Virus record (IMG/VR): IMGVR_UViG_3300032225_001048
Coordinates: 1-24,493 of that record
From: a virus
Taxonomy: Duplodnaviria; Caudoviricetes
DNA length: 24,493 bases
Reading direction: 5' to 3' (one strand)
Below are positions 1 through 8,411 of this stretch, piece after piece. Under the pieces are notes generated by a model. The model ran no database searches. It was not told where the DNA came from and worked only from the letters and a program-made list of their open reading frames with translations. Both the position numbers and the translations under genes were made by a program. Within the stretch, counting starts at the first letter, position 1. Every line of letters starts with the position of its first letter.

Positions 1-215
1 TGTTGGTATGTGACGGGAGTACCGTCAGGCAACTGGGGAGCCGCGCCGAAGCCGTACAGGACGGGCTCTTCGTGGTAGTTACGGGGGATACCGTCTTCCT
101 CGCGGAAAACACGTGACCATTCATCTGCGCGCTGGTCATATACGCCATCGAAACATTCGTTCAGGATTGGTTCAACAATCGAACGAAAGTCCGTACTTCT
201 CATTGGTGCGGCCAT
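1..215 (-). CDS. Major capsid protein, 5' part (truncated by window edge)
   Basis: Not in ORF track. ATG at 215 follows an AAGGAGG RBS. Reads MAAPMRSTDFRSIVEPILNECFDGVYDQRADEWSRVFREEDGIPRNYHEEPVLYGFGAAPQLPDGTPVTYQ. The pattern resembles Mu gpT-like capsid N-termini, and the position follows the scaffold/head genes. Confidence 0.8.
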   Translation of the reverse strand, partial: MAAPMRSTDFRSIVEPILNECFDGVYDQRADEWSRVFREEDGIPRNYHEEPVLYGFGAAPQLPDGTPVTYQ

Positions 216-228
216 TTTTTATGCCTCC

Positions 229-801
229 TTAGATTGCGTTGATGGTGGCAACATACTGCGACCGGCTGATTTGCACCTGCACGGTTGTATAGGCGTCACC
301 CCAAGCGTTATCCACGCCGTTGTACAGACCGATAATGCGCATATCGCCCACCGCGCTAGAACCAGCCAGCGTTGTGGAGATGGTTGCGGCAGACAGGCCG
401 GTGGTGGTGGAGCCAGCAGTGATGTTGGTGAAGTTAGCTTGATCTCCAATGGAGGTCTGGGCCAACGAGCCATCAGCTTGGATGTCGTACACGATGTTGG
501 GGTCGCTGTAGTAATAAGCTACGCACGAACCAGTCACATACGCGGTGGATGCGGGCCAGTAATTGGACACGCGGCGACGGCCGGTGGTATCAGTCCACTC
601 CACACCAGCAAACGCGCCTTGGTAGGCGCTGCCAGCGGTAGCAGCGATGATCACGCCAGAGCTGTTCAAAGCTACTGGTTGGCCTTTCAAAAGCGACGAG
701 CTGTAGCCCGAAGCAATGCCGTCAGTCAGCGCCACAGCCCGATCCAGTCCCGAAGGGTGGAAAGAAGGACGCAAACCAAACGGAGTAGAGGTTGCACTCA
801 T
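229..801 (-). CDS. Head-module protein, probable capsid decoration/cement protein (190 aa)
   Basis: Rich in Gly/Ala/Ser/Thr and likely beta-rich, with N-terminal PFGLRP and YYSDPNIVYDIQADG. Immediately upstream of the capsid gene, with an AAGGAG RBS. Confidence 0.6.
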   Translation of the reverse strand: MSATSTPFGLRPSFHPSGLDRAVALTDGIASGYSSSLLKGQPVALNSSGVIIAATAGSAYQGAFAGVEWTDTTGRRRVSNYWPASTAYVTGSCVAYYYSDPNIVYDIQADGSLAQTSIGDQANFTNITAGSTTTGLSAATISTTLAGSSAVGDMRIIGLYNGVDNAWGDAYTTVQVQISRSQYVATINAI

Positions 802-816
802 AAAATACTCCTTGAA

Positions 817-1362
817 TTAGCCGGTAAAAACCGGCGCTCGGTTGGGTTGCTGCGCAAAGTTCCCCAAACCGTCACCCTCAACGCCCACCAGCGACTTCCC
901 GCGACTGTCCCGTGCGCCCTGTAGATTTTCCACTTGAACGCGGATTTTTTCTTCCTCGTCTTGTGGCATATCGTGGTGCATGTGCGTCATGATGTCTTGG
1001 AAGACATCCATCGGCAATTTGAACAGCAACATCTCGTTGCATGAAATGAATCCAACGTGCTGTCCAGACTTCACGCGATATTCTTCGTACCCGGGTATCT
1101 CTTCAGACTTAACTGGAACGTACCCGAGTCGCATCCGTTTATCGATGGAATCGTAACTGTTGGTTGTTGAGAGCCAGCAAAGATGCCAACCGTCAAGGTC
1201 GGGCAATTTGGGCAATGCGGATTGTGTCCATTCCTCGCTCCACATACGTTTACGTTCCTGCGTGGAAATGAACTTTTCTTCAGGGGCTGCCCGGCTGCCG
1301 TCCTCGTTTGCACGAGTTTCGCGCTGACCGGTTCCTAGAGATTTCTTGAGACGTGATTCCAT
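817..1362 (-). CDS. Phage head-module hypothetical protein (181 aa)
   Basis: Tightly packed between scaffold and decoration genes. Motifs GWHLCWLST, RMRLGYVPV, NEMLLFKLP. Confidence 0.7.
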   Translation of the reverse strand: MESRLKKSLGTGQRETRANEDGSRAAPEEKFISTQERKRMWSEEWTQSALPKLPDLDGWHLCWLSTTNSYDSIDKRMRLGYVPVKSEEIPGYEEYRVKSGQHVGFISCNEMLLFKLPMDVFQDIMTHMHHDMPQDEEEKIRVQVENLQGARDSRGKSLVGVEGDGLGNFAQQPNRAPVFTG

Positions 1363-1364
1363 GA

Positions 1365-2315
1365 TTAGTTACTCCGTTGGGTGTTTCGTGCTTGCTCTGC
1401 GTATCGCTTGATCATCTTTGCGCGCTTTTCGGGGTTTTCCCACATGCCTGCATCCTTCATCGCACGCACTTGTTCAGCGGTGAGAGTGAAAGTACGGTTT
1501 GTGCCCCCGTATGCGGCTGATGCTTCGCGTCCTGAGCTTCCCACGGTATTCCTTGGAGTCCTGTTAGGTGATTCACGTCGGTCTGACGATTCATTATATC
1601 TATGGGGAAGCCGTTTCTGCAAGCGATTGTCTAATTCGTCCCAATAATCCGACGTTCCGGGGTTCCAGCCCTCTTTTACAAGGTCTTCGTCGATCAATTT
1701 GGCGATCCGGCTGTCGGTATCGGACAAATCCGGCTTGTACCAGTCGTTTCGGTCGATCCATTGGGCGGCTTGACGCTGAACACCGGGGTCAATGCGGGGT
1801 CCTTCGTTTGTTGGGCGGTCTGCCTGCTGTTTCAGGTGGTTTAACTGGTCCACCTTCTTCCGGGCCTCGTACAAAGCCTCCTGCGCGGCCACTGCGGCCT
1901 CTCCATCGCCCGAGCTGGTGGCCTCGGACAGCTTCATCCGGTGGTATTCCACCCGGACCTGCTCGTCGTCAATGGCTTTTTCCAGTCTGGCCATGTCCGC
2001 GCCCTGCGTACGGCGCTCAACTTGGGACAGCCGGTTGGCCATTTCCTCGTTTTGGCGCTGCAACATCTGCAAGCGGACGTCTTTTTCCTCATTGGTTTTG
2101 CGGATCAGGTCCTTTTTGGACCGGCGGCGGGCCCGGCGGGCGGCTCGAACGGCGTCCGAATCGTCAGGATGGTCCTCGTCACCAGCATCATCGCCGCGCG
2201 GGGTGGGCTCATCGTTGCTATCGGTGGGCAGCAGGTTCTCCGGCAGCTCAACTGTGGCTGTGCCGTCACCGCTTTCTTGTACGTACAACGGTTCTTCTTT
2301 CATTTCTGTGGCCAT
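1365..2315 (-). CDS. Probable capsid scaffolding protein (316 aa)
   Basis: Acidic N-terminus, long charged coiled-coil, short C-terminal helical cap (LTAEQVRAMKDAGMW). Lies between portal and capsid, with an AAGGAG RBS. Confidence 0.6.
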   Translation of the reverse strand: MATEMKEEPLYVQESGDGTATVELPENLLPTDSNDEPTPRGDDAGDEDHPDDSDAVRAARRARRRSKKDLIRKTNEEKDVRLQMLQRQNEEMANRLSQVERRTQGADMARLEKAIDDEQVRVEYHRMKLSEATSSGDGEAAVAAQEALYEARKKVDQLNHLKQQADRPTNEGPRIDPGVQRQAAQWIDRNDWYKPDLSDTDSRIAKLIDEDLVKEGWNPGTSDYWDELDNRLQKRLPHRYNESSDRRESPNRTPRNTVGSSGREASAAYGGTNRTFTLTAEQVRAMKDAGMWENPEKRAKMIKRYAEQARNTQRSN

Positions 2316-2324
2316 GGTATCTCC

Positions 2325-2780
2325 TTAGACGTAGGCTTTGAACGACAACGGGTTGTCGGTGACCTTGGCAATCAGCTCGTGATCGTTGATGGTCATGAAC
2401 AAGACGGGATTCAGGTCGCCGTTTTCCTCATTGGTTGCTGGCCGCTCCCAGCGGTCACCGCCCCAGCGTGGCACGCGGACATAATCCCCGATCTGGGCCC
2501 AGCTCCCCTCGGGCCACGACGCCATGGTGTCCTTGTTTTTGAACGCCAACGGTCCAATGGCCACGACCTTGCCGATCATGTTGTTCCACTTCTCGTTTTC
2601 CTTGGTTTCTTCCACCAAGATGATCTTGCCTGCGTTCTTTTTGATGCGACGTAGCTGGACAATTACTCGACCACCGTAGGGCGATTGGCCCGGATGTACA
2701 TCAGGAAATGCCCACGCCAGCTCTGCCGGTTCGGCCTCCGTCTGATCCCCGCTTACCACGGGGATTGGTTTCTCGCTCAT
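2325..2780 (-). CDS. groES: GroES/Cpn10-like co-chaperonin
   Basis: PYGGRVIVQ, GKIILVEETKE (mobile-loop equivalent), GKVVAIGP, QIGDYV, INDHELIAKV. ATG 2780 lies 5 nt after AGGAG and is preferred over the GTG at 2786. Confidence 0.85.
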   Translation of the reverse strand: MSEKPIPVVSGDQTEAEPAELAWAFPDVHPGQSPYGGRVIVQLRRIKKNAGKIILVEETKENEKWNNMIGKVVAIGPLAFKNKDTMASWPEGSWAQIGDYVRVPRWGGDRWERPATNEENGDLNPVLFMTINDHELIAKVTDNPLSFKAYV

Positions 2781-2799
2781 ACTCACTCCTAGTTACACA

Positions 2800-2856
2800 A
2801 ACCATATTTCAGGTTCAGAATGCGCATATTTCAGCGCGGCTTGGGACCTTTCGGTC
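2800..2856 (-). promoter_or_regulatory. Three-hairpin structured leader upstream of groES
   Basis: Minus strand: GACC-GAAA-GGTC (2845-2856), GCGC-TGAAATAT-GCGC (2822-2837), AACC-TGAAATAT-GGTT (2800-2815). Confidence 0.55.
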
Positions 2857-3027
2857 TTAATCTCTTTCGGCGAGTTTCGCGTTCAAGTTATCCATTACCC
2901 ACTGCAGGCCCTGATACTCGCCGACCAGTCGGACGTACGAGTCATAGTTTCCTACAGGGGTTTCCACGAGCGACTTCCGAATTTCGGATTGCCGCTCTAA
3001 AAGCATATGAAGTAGTTCTTTTATCAC
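2857..3027 (-). CDS. Small hypothetical head-module protein (56 aa)
   Basis: Below ORF-track cutoff. GTG overlaps the upstream TGA (GTGA). MIKELLHMLLERQSEIRKSLVETPVGNYDSYVRLVGEYQGLQWVMDNLNAKLAERD is a helical-hairpin type often seen between portal and GroES. Confidence 0.7.
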   Translation of the reverse strand: MIKELLHMLLERQSEIRKSLVETPVGNYDSYVRLVGEYQGLQWVMDNLNAKLAERD

Positions 3028-3188
3028 TTATTCTTCTTAGCGACGTGGCTCAGACCACCGGCCGGTTTGGCCGAAGACTTGCTGTCGCCTTTGGCTTGCA
3101 TGGACTGGCCGGTAATCGGCACGCCCATTGCCATGCGCTTGTGCTGGGGCACATTCACGCTCTTTTGTTCTGCATCACTGTTGGCCAT
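3024..3188 (-). CDS. Small basic hypothetical protein (54 aa)
   Basis: AAGGAG RBS. MANSDAEQKSVNVPQHKRMAMGVPITGQSMQAKGDSKSSAKPAGGLSHVAKKNK; overlaps the portal 3' end. Confidence 0.65.
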   Translation of the reverse strand: MANSDAEQKSVNVPQHKRMAMGVPITGQSMQAKGDSKSSAKPAGGLSHVAKKNK

Positions 3189-5637
3189 TTAATACTCCTT
3201 CGGGTGCAGCCGGGGCTGCGGGTTGCGCGACGGGTGCCGCAGGTTGAGCCATCTGTTGGATAGTCTCGTGGGTTAATTTGGCGTTCTCGATGGCGACCTT
3301 GGTGTCGTTGTCCATTTTGTGCTTGGCGATGTCCGCTTGCATCTGCTGGACATCGATCTGCACGTCCTGCTGGTCGCGGGCGGCCTTGCGCTGGGTTTCG
3401 GCCATGGCAGTGTCCTTGACGACCTGCGCGTCGGGCGGAAGCTGCGGTGGAGGCATGCTCTGCTGCAGCATCTGCTGGAGCTGCTGGATCTGCGGCAGGA
3501 TCTGCGCAAACACCTGCTGACTGTCCATGGCCACGTGCTGGCCAACGGTGGCGTAGAGCTGGTCAATGATGCCGGTCAGGTGCGGATTGTCGTAGTCGGT
3601 CACCGGCCTGCCACCACGCAAGTTGGACACGTAGCCGTTCATGCGGTTTAAGTACCACAGGGTCATGTGCTGCTTGATGTGCTCGATGCAGTTGGGCAGG
3701 AATTGCGGGGCGATGAATGGGTTTGCACCAAATGCCGGGTCCATGCCAAACATCAGGTGGCCTTGGATGTGCGCCAGATGGTCCTGCTGCATGTAAGCAT
3801 AGGACGGCTTGCCAATGGACATGGCGGCATTCTCGTCGGCCAACGTGCGCTGCTCGGGCGCTGGCACGTCCTTCATCAGCTCGGAGATGTTCGGGATCTT
3901 GATCTGCTTGAGGAAACGCTCTTCCACGGCTTTGGCGTCGTACAGCTCGGGGTGGGCATCCGCCCGTTGCAGCACCGCCTGCATCTGGGCCATGCGCTGG
4001 GTTTCGCTGAAGATGTGCGGGTCGGATACCGGGATGACGTCGGTGTTGCGCTCAAAATCCTCGCGTTCAATTTCCAGATCTTGAACGATCTCGCCCTTGC
4101 GCATCTCATCAAAATGCCAGCGGTTCAAGCGGCACAGAACCTTGATCAGGCGTGCTTGCGACTGGTGCAGCCGGGCGTGGATGGCCGAGTAGACCGCAGC
4201 ACCCTGCTCTATCAATGCTTGCGTGGTGCCCACAGGGGCGTTGCTGGTCACGTCAGCGATCTTTTCTTCGCTGGTGGTCACTACCCCCTTGGCGGCGTTA
4301 TCCAGCCAGCCCAGCAGCTCAAAGAGCACCGGCGACGGCGCGTTGAACGGCATGGGCATGGCAATCTTGCGGATGTCGTCCACGCCGGGCGCGCCTTCGA
4401 TCTCGGCAACCTGCGTCACCTCGATCTGCTGGGTCTGGCCGCTGATCTTCGCGCCCTTGAGCTTCAGCATGGTCGCGGCGTTGTTGATGTGCGCCGAGTC
4501 CAACAGCGCGCGCAGGGCACCGGTCAGGGCTGCGGAGAGCCCGCCAATCAGGTGCGGCAGGCCAATGGCATACGCGCCGCGCCACGGGATGAACTTGAAC
4601 TCAATGATCCAATCGAGCTTGGTCATCGTCTCGTCGCCCTCTTCCCAGTTGCGGTACAGGCCGATGACCTCGGAGCTTTGCTCGTCCACCATCATGATGT
4701 ACGGGGCCATTTCGCCCTTGGAGAACTTGTCGTCTTCAAACTCCAAAAATGCGTAGATGTGGTAGACCTTGCGCAGGCCGTCATCATTGTCTTGGAACTG
4801 CTTGCCCTCGATCTTGTCGTTGGCCTTTTGCGGGCGGCTCTGCTCGGGCTCTTGGCCGCTGGTCAGGTTGGAGCCGCCGACGTACATGCCGTTGGCCACG
4901 CGCCGGTTGTATTCCCACTCGGTGATCTCGTGGACCTCGGCCGCACGTTGGGCGGTGTAGAAGTTGGTGGCCGCAAAGGGCAGGATCACCCGGTCAATGG
5001 GCAGGAACTCCACCGTGGGGCGCTTCTTCTGCTCGTCATACCAGAGCTTCAGGAACTGCGATCCGCCCAGTGGTAGCTGGGTCAGCATCTGCTCTTGCTC
5101 GTCGCGGAACTCTTCAATCTGCTCAGTGATCTGCCAGTTGAGGAAGTCGCGCTTGCGCTCGGCGCGCTGGGTCTTCAAATCGTCAACTTGACCAATGATC
5201 TTGGTGCGGACCGGGCCGTCCGGTGGAAACAGCTCCTTGATGGCGCGGGATGCAAAGTCCACGCAGCCCTCGGCCATGACCGGATGCACCACCTTGGATG
5301 CGCCGTAGAAGTTGGCCCCGCCGGGTGCGTCCTTACCCAACCCGGTGCGCTTCATGCCCTCTTCGTACTGCTTGTCGCGCTCCTCGCGGGCGTTTTTGTC
5401 CTTGTCCAGCAGGTTGACGTAGCGCATGCCCAAGCTGTTCAGGTCGTAGCTGTCCATGGTCTCAACCATGTTGGAGTAGAAATCAGGCGACTCCTCCGGG
5501 CCGGACGTCTCCATGCTGACTACAGCAGAGCCGTCGGGCATCTCCACAACGTCGGATATGTCGTCGGGCAGCTCAACGTCCGCCGATCCGTCTTCGTTCA
5601 GCTCGGGGTCGTTTAGATCGTCTTGTTCTGCCATCAT
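3175..5637 (-). CDS. Portal protein (820 aa)
   Basis: Size and position fit. Motifs VVHPVMAEGCVDFASRAIKELFPPDGPV, LPLGGSQFLK, FKFIPWRGAYAIGLPHLIG, APVGTTQALIEQG. The Gln-rich C-terminal coil resembles P22-like portals. Confidence 0.85.
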   Translation of the reverse strand: MMAEQDDLNDPELNEDGSADVELPDDISDVVEMPDGSAVVSMETSGPEESPDFYSNMVETMDSYDLNSLGMRYVNLLDKDKNAREERDKQYEEGMKRTGLGKDAPGGANFYGASKVVHPVMAEGCVDFASRAIKELFPPDGPVRTKIIGQVDDLKTQRAERKRDFLNWQITEQIEEFRDEQEQMLTQLPLGGSQFLKLWYDEQKKRPTVEFLPIDRVILPFAATNFYTAQRAAEVHEITEWEYNRRVANGMYVGGSNLTSGQEPEQSRPQKANDKIEGKQFQDNDDGLRKVYHIYAFLEFEDDKFSKGEMAPYIMMVDEQSSEVIGLYRNWEEGDETMTKLDWIIEFKFIPWRGAYAIGLPHLIGGLSAALTGALRALLDSAHINNAATMLKLKGAKISGQTQQIEVTQVAEIEGAPGVDDIRKIAMPMPFNAPSPVLFELLGWLDNAAKGVVTTSEEKIADVTSNAPVGTTQALIEQGAAVYSAIHARLHQSQARLIKVLCRLNRWHFDEMRKGEIVQDLEIEREDFERNTDVIPVSDPHIFSETQRMAQMQAVLQRADAHPELYDAKAVEERFLKQIKIPNISELMKDVPAPEQRTLADENAAMSIGKPSYAYMQQDHLAHIQGHLMFGMDPAFGANPFIAPQFLPNCIEHIKQHMTLWYLNRMNGYVSNLRGGRPVTDYDNPHLTGIIDQLYATVGQHVAMDSQQVFAQILPQIQQLQQMLQQSMPPPQLPPDAQVVKDTAMAETQRKAARDQQDVQIDVQQMQADIAKHKMDNDTKVAIENAKLTHETIQQMAQPAAPVAQPAAPAAPEGVLNGQQ

Positions 5638-8411
5638 TTAACCTTTTTGGAATAGTGCTTCACGCTCTCCAACTCGTACCGCATAGCATCGAGGTTTGGT
5701 GAAACGGTGATTTTCTCTTTAGTGTAGCCCACGGGCTTGATGCTGCCGCCCTTGGCTTTGGTGATGTCGGGATCATTGGGGTTATACGTTCCACGATTGC
5801 CAATGGCAGACTTGATCATGCGGGGATCAAATACCGCATGCGTAATTCTTCCTGATTCTTTTGCGGTAATGCCGTCATACCCGCGCTTCATTGCGGCTTC
5901 AATAAATTCTGGGCTGTTCACCACATGGTATGGCTCCATTTCATCAGAATAAATTGAAGTATCAACCCCTAACCGTTTTGCGGTTTTGAGCGCGTCATCT
6001 AAGTGGCCGTTCAAGTCAAATCCCAAACGCAATGGTTTTTTTATATTGATGTGTACCGGCATCACGTAGCCGTTTTTTCCGGCATAAGTATTTGTTGTGT
6101 ATGGTTCTTTTGCTACCCAATTAGCAAGATTGGTAAATTGTTTAATGGCCGCGCCACTATCTTCTTCATAATCATCATGACTTTGCGTGCCGTGGTACAT
6201 CCGGCCTTTGACTTTGCTTTCGGACAGGAACTTGGCAAGATTGGCGTCGTGCTCTGCGCGTGACACTTTTCCGCCCTTCGCTTTACCCTGCGACGCCAGC
6301 CACTGCGCAAAGGTCGGCATCTGGTTGGTATACACGTTCTTCATGGCCTCGTCGTACGCCTTGTTCAGCGCGGACTGCTGGGCCATCTGCTCACGCAGGG
6401 CAGTAAGCTGTGGGCTCAATGGGCGCAGGGGCGGCACGGGTCCGCCTGTAGCGTAGTTCTCGCGCTTGCCGTAGGTGGGTTTATGCGCCAGCACCAGCGG
6501 GCCAATCTGAACTACGTGGGCGGAATGGGTGACCGGCTTCATGGTCTTGCGGTCGTAGAAAAACCCATGCCTGCGCGGGTCAAATCCAACCTGCGCATAG
6601 TCCGGGTCGTTCAAGTGGGTCTTCATGTGCTCCACCGCTTCGTCCTCAGACATGTGGTGCAGATCGCCCTTGATGCGGGCAAAAGATGACTTGCCCTTCT
6701 CCCCCATCCCAACTTCTTCGGCCTTGTGCGGGGTGGGATCGAACACGGCATTCTTTACCGACGACACGGGACCGTACGCAACTTTCAGATTGTCATCGCC
6801 CTTGCCCTCTTCGTCGTGAACCGAATTGACCCATACGCCGTGGGTCTCGTAGGCCGGGATATCCAAGCGCAACCCGACCTTGCGGCCCGCTGGCCACTGC
6901 TCGTGGCCGCGCCACTTTGGCTTTTGCGCGGGCTTCAGCGCACGCTCTGCGTCCTCGTCCGTCGCAGGCTGCGGCACGAACTCGTAGGGCTTGATGGGCT
7001 TGTGCTTGGCAATTAGCTTGTCGAGCTGCTTGTGCGTCGTAGTGCCCGCAGCGATGCCGCGTATGGCCGCTTCCAGCTCCGGGTGCTTGCGTTGCAGGTT
7101 AGGGTCGTAGTTAGTTGGCTTGACCTCAACCTCGCCGCCTTTGGCGTACAGCGGCACGCCGTTCTTGGTCACGTCCTCGCGCATGGCTGGGGTGATGGGA
7201 AATATGTGGACCGGAGCCATTTTGGGTGGTTGCTTGGCAGAATACTCGGCCATCATCTGTTGCGTCTGGGGGTAGGACAGTTGACCCCAGTTTTGTTCTG
7301 GTATGCCACTTGCCCGCAGCATTTCGGTCTGACTATGGCCGTTGGGGTCGTCAATGTTGACCTGCCCCTGCCCGACCTTTGCGCCGTACTTCTTGCCAAA
7401 CTGGTTCAGGAAGTTGGGCACGATTTTGTCGTAGAAGCCCTTCATGCCTTCACCACCGACCTTGATGTCGTCGCCTTCAAGGTAATGAAAACCGCCTTGT
7501 CTGGGCGAAGCCATTAACTTTTGCGCCAACTCTTTACCCACCAGTTGAGACACGCGTTCAGGTGTTGCCCCGTGCTCGTGCATAGCCGTTTCTCTGTTTG
7601 GTTTGAACGCAGCAAAATGTTGTCGTTCTGGGTCATACGACAACACGCCAATACGCTGGGCCAGCCCATACCGATCCGCTTGCTCTTGCCCCGGCGTAAT
7701 GGCGATGGCATCGTAGCCATTCTTGGCGGCGTGGTGGATCATCTTCTTGAGCGCCATCTCGTGCCAGTTTTTTTTGAACGGGGCATCGGGCACTTTGCCC
7801 GTTAATTTGCCCAACGCAGCAAGCCTATTTGCATAATTCTCGCTGTACGTATCAGGCTCAATGCTGCCGTCTGACCATTTAATTCCATACTCATCTTCAT
7901 CAACTTTGTAGGGCTCGCCTGTCAATTTTTTTGGTTGCCCCGCAGGCCGATAACCATGCTCACGCCCCTGTTGATGCCAATCAGATTGCAGCTCTTCAAT
8001 GTGCAGAATTTTTTCGCCGTTGGGCCCGGTACGGTCTTTGGCTCGGACGCTGGCCAGTATGTTGGGAGCGCCGCCAAAATGTTGTGGCACACCGGGAAAT
8101 CTTTCTGCTGATTTAGGATGCTGCAACAATATTTCACGGTAGTTGCTTCCACCCGGCAGTGTGTAACTTTCATGATGTTCTTCTTGAGTATGGCGAGCCG
8201 TAGGCACCACGGGCGGCTTACTTTTCAGCGCCTCCATGAACTGCGCCCGCTCCATCTTAGGCATGTTCACCAGCGCCTGCAGCCCACGGTCCTCAGCTTC
8301 CTGCGCCTTGTAGCCGGGCATCTTGCTCAACTCGGTCATGAACTCCGCGCCGGTCCCCTTTGGACGGGGCAGGGTCTGGGCCAGCCGGTCGATGGGAGAG
8401 TAGAAACTCAC
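5634..8411 (-). CDS. Large modular (polyvalent-type) protein: EELQSDW/GNAT-like domain, RLDIPAY domain, ART-PolyVal-like ADP-ribosyltransferase domain (925 aa)
   Basis: C-terminal SKV..MYHGT...VMPVHINIKKPL...GYDGI...VFDPRMIKSAIGNRGTY is typical of ART-PolyVal. Modules are separated by YAKGG, YATGG, KAKGG and KAKGG. 4-nt overlaps with both neighbours. Confidence 0.75.
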   Translation of the reverse strand: MSFYSPIDRLAQTLPRPKGTGAEFMTELSKMPGYKAQEAEDRGLQALVNMPKMERAQFMEALKSKPPVVPTARHTQEEHHESYTLPGGSNYREILLQHPKSAERFPGVPQHFGGAPNILASVRAKDRTGPNGEKILHIEELQSDWHQQGREHGYRPAGQPKKLTGEPYKVDEDEYGIKWSDGSIEPDTYSENYANRLAALGKLTGKVPDAPFKKNWHEMALKKMIHHAAKNGYDAIAITPGQEQADRYGLAQRIGVLSYDPERQHFAAFKPNRETAMHEHGATPERVSQLVGKELAQKLMASPRQGGFHYLEGDDIKVGGEGMKGFYDKIVPNFLNQFGKKYGAKVGQGQVNIDDPNGHSQTEMLRASGIPEQNWGQLSYPQTQQMMAEYSAKQPPKMAPVHIFPITPAMREDVTKNGVPLYAKGGEVEVKPTNYDPNLQRKHPELEAAIRGIAAGTTTHKQLDKLIAKHKPIKPYEFVPQPATDEDAERALKPAQKPKWRGHEQWPAGRKVGLRLDIPAYETHGVWVNSVHDEEGKGDDNLKVAYGPVSSVKNAVFDPTPHKAEEVGMGEKGKSSFARIKGDLHHMSEDEAVEHMKTHLNDPDYAQVGFDPRRHGFFYDRKTMKPVTHSAHVVQIGPLVLAHKPTYGKRENYATGGPVPPLRPLSPQLTALREQMAQQSALNKAYDEAMKNVYTNQMPTFAQWLASQGKAKGGKVSRAEHDANLAKFLSESKVKGRMYHGTQSHDDYEEDSGAAIKQFTNLANWVAKEPYTTNTYAGKNGYVMPVHINIKKPLRLGFDLNGHLDDALKTAKRLGVDTSIYSDEMEPYHVVNSPEFIEAAMKRGYDGITAKESGRITHAVFDPRMIKSAIGNRGTYNPNDPDITKAKGGSIKPVGYTKEKITVSPNLDAMRYELESVKHYSKKVK

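Noticed and set aside
3605-3625. LRGG (ubiquitin-like end) and other GG dipeptides in portal and scaffold
   Set aside because: They do not fit the [YMK]-[AK]-x-GG-x-[VIT] pattern and are plausibly chance.
3667-5616. Long plus-strand ORFs (469 aa, 173 aa, 177 aa) opposite the portal gene
   Set aside because: These are antisense shadows caused by high-GC codon bias, with no motifs, and are fully overlapped by a well-supported gene.
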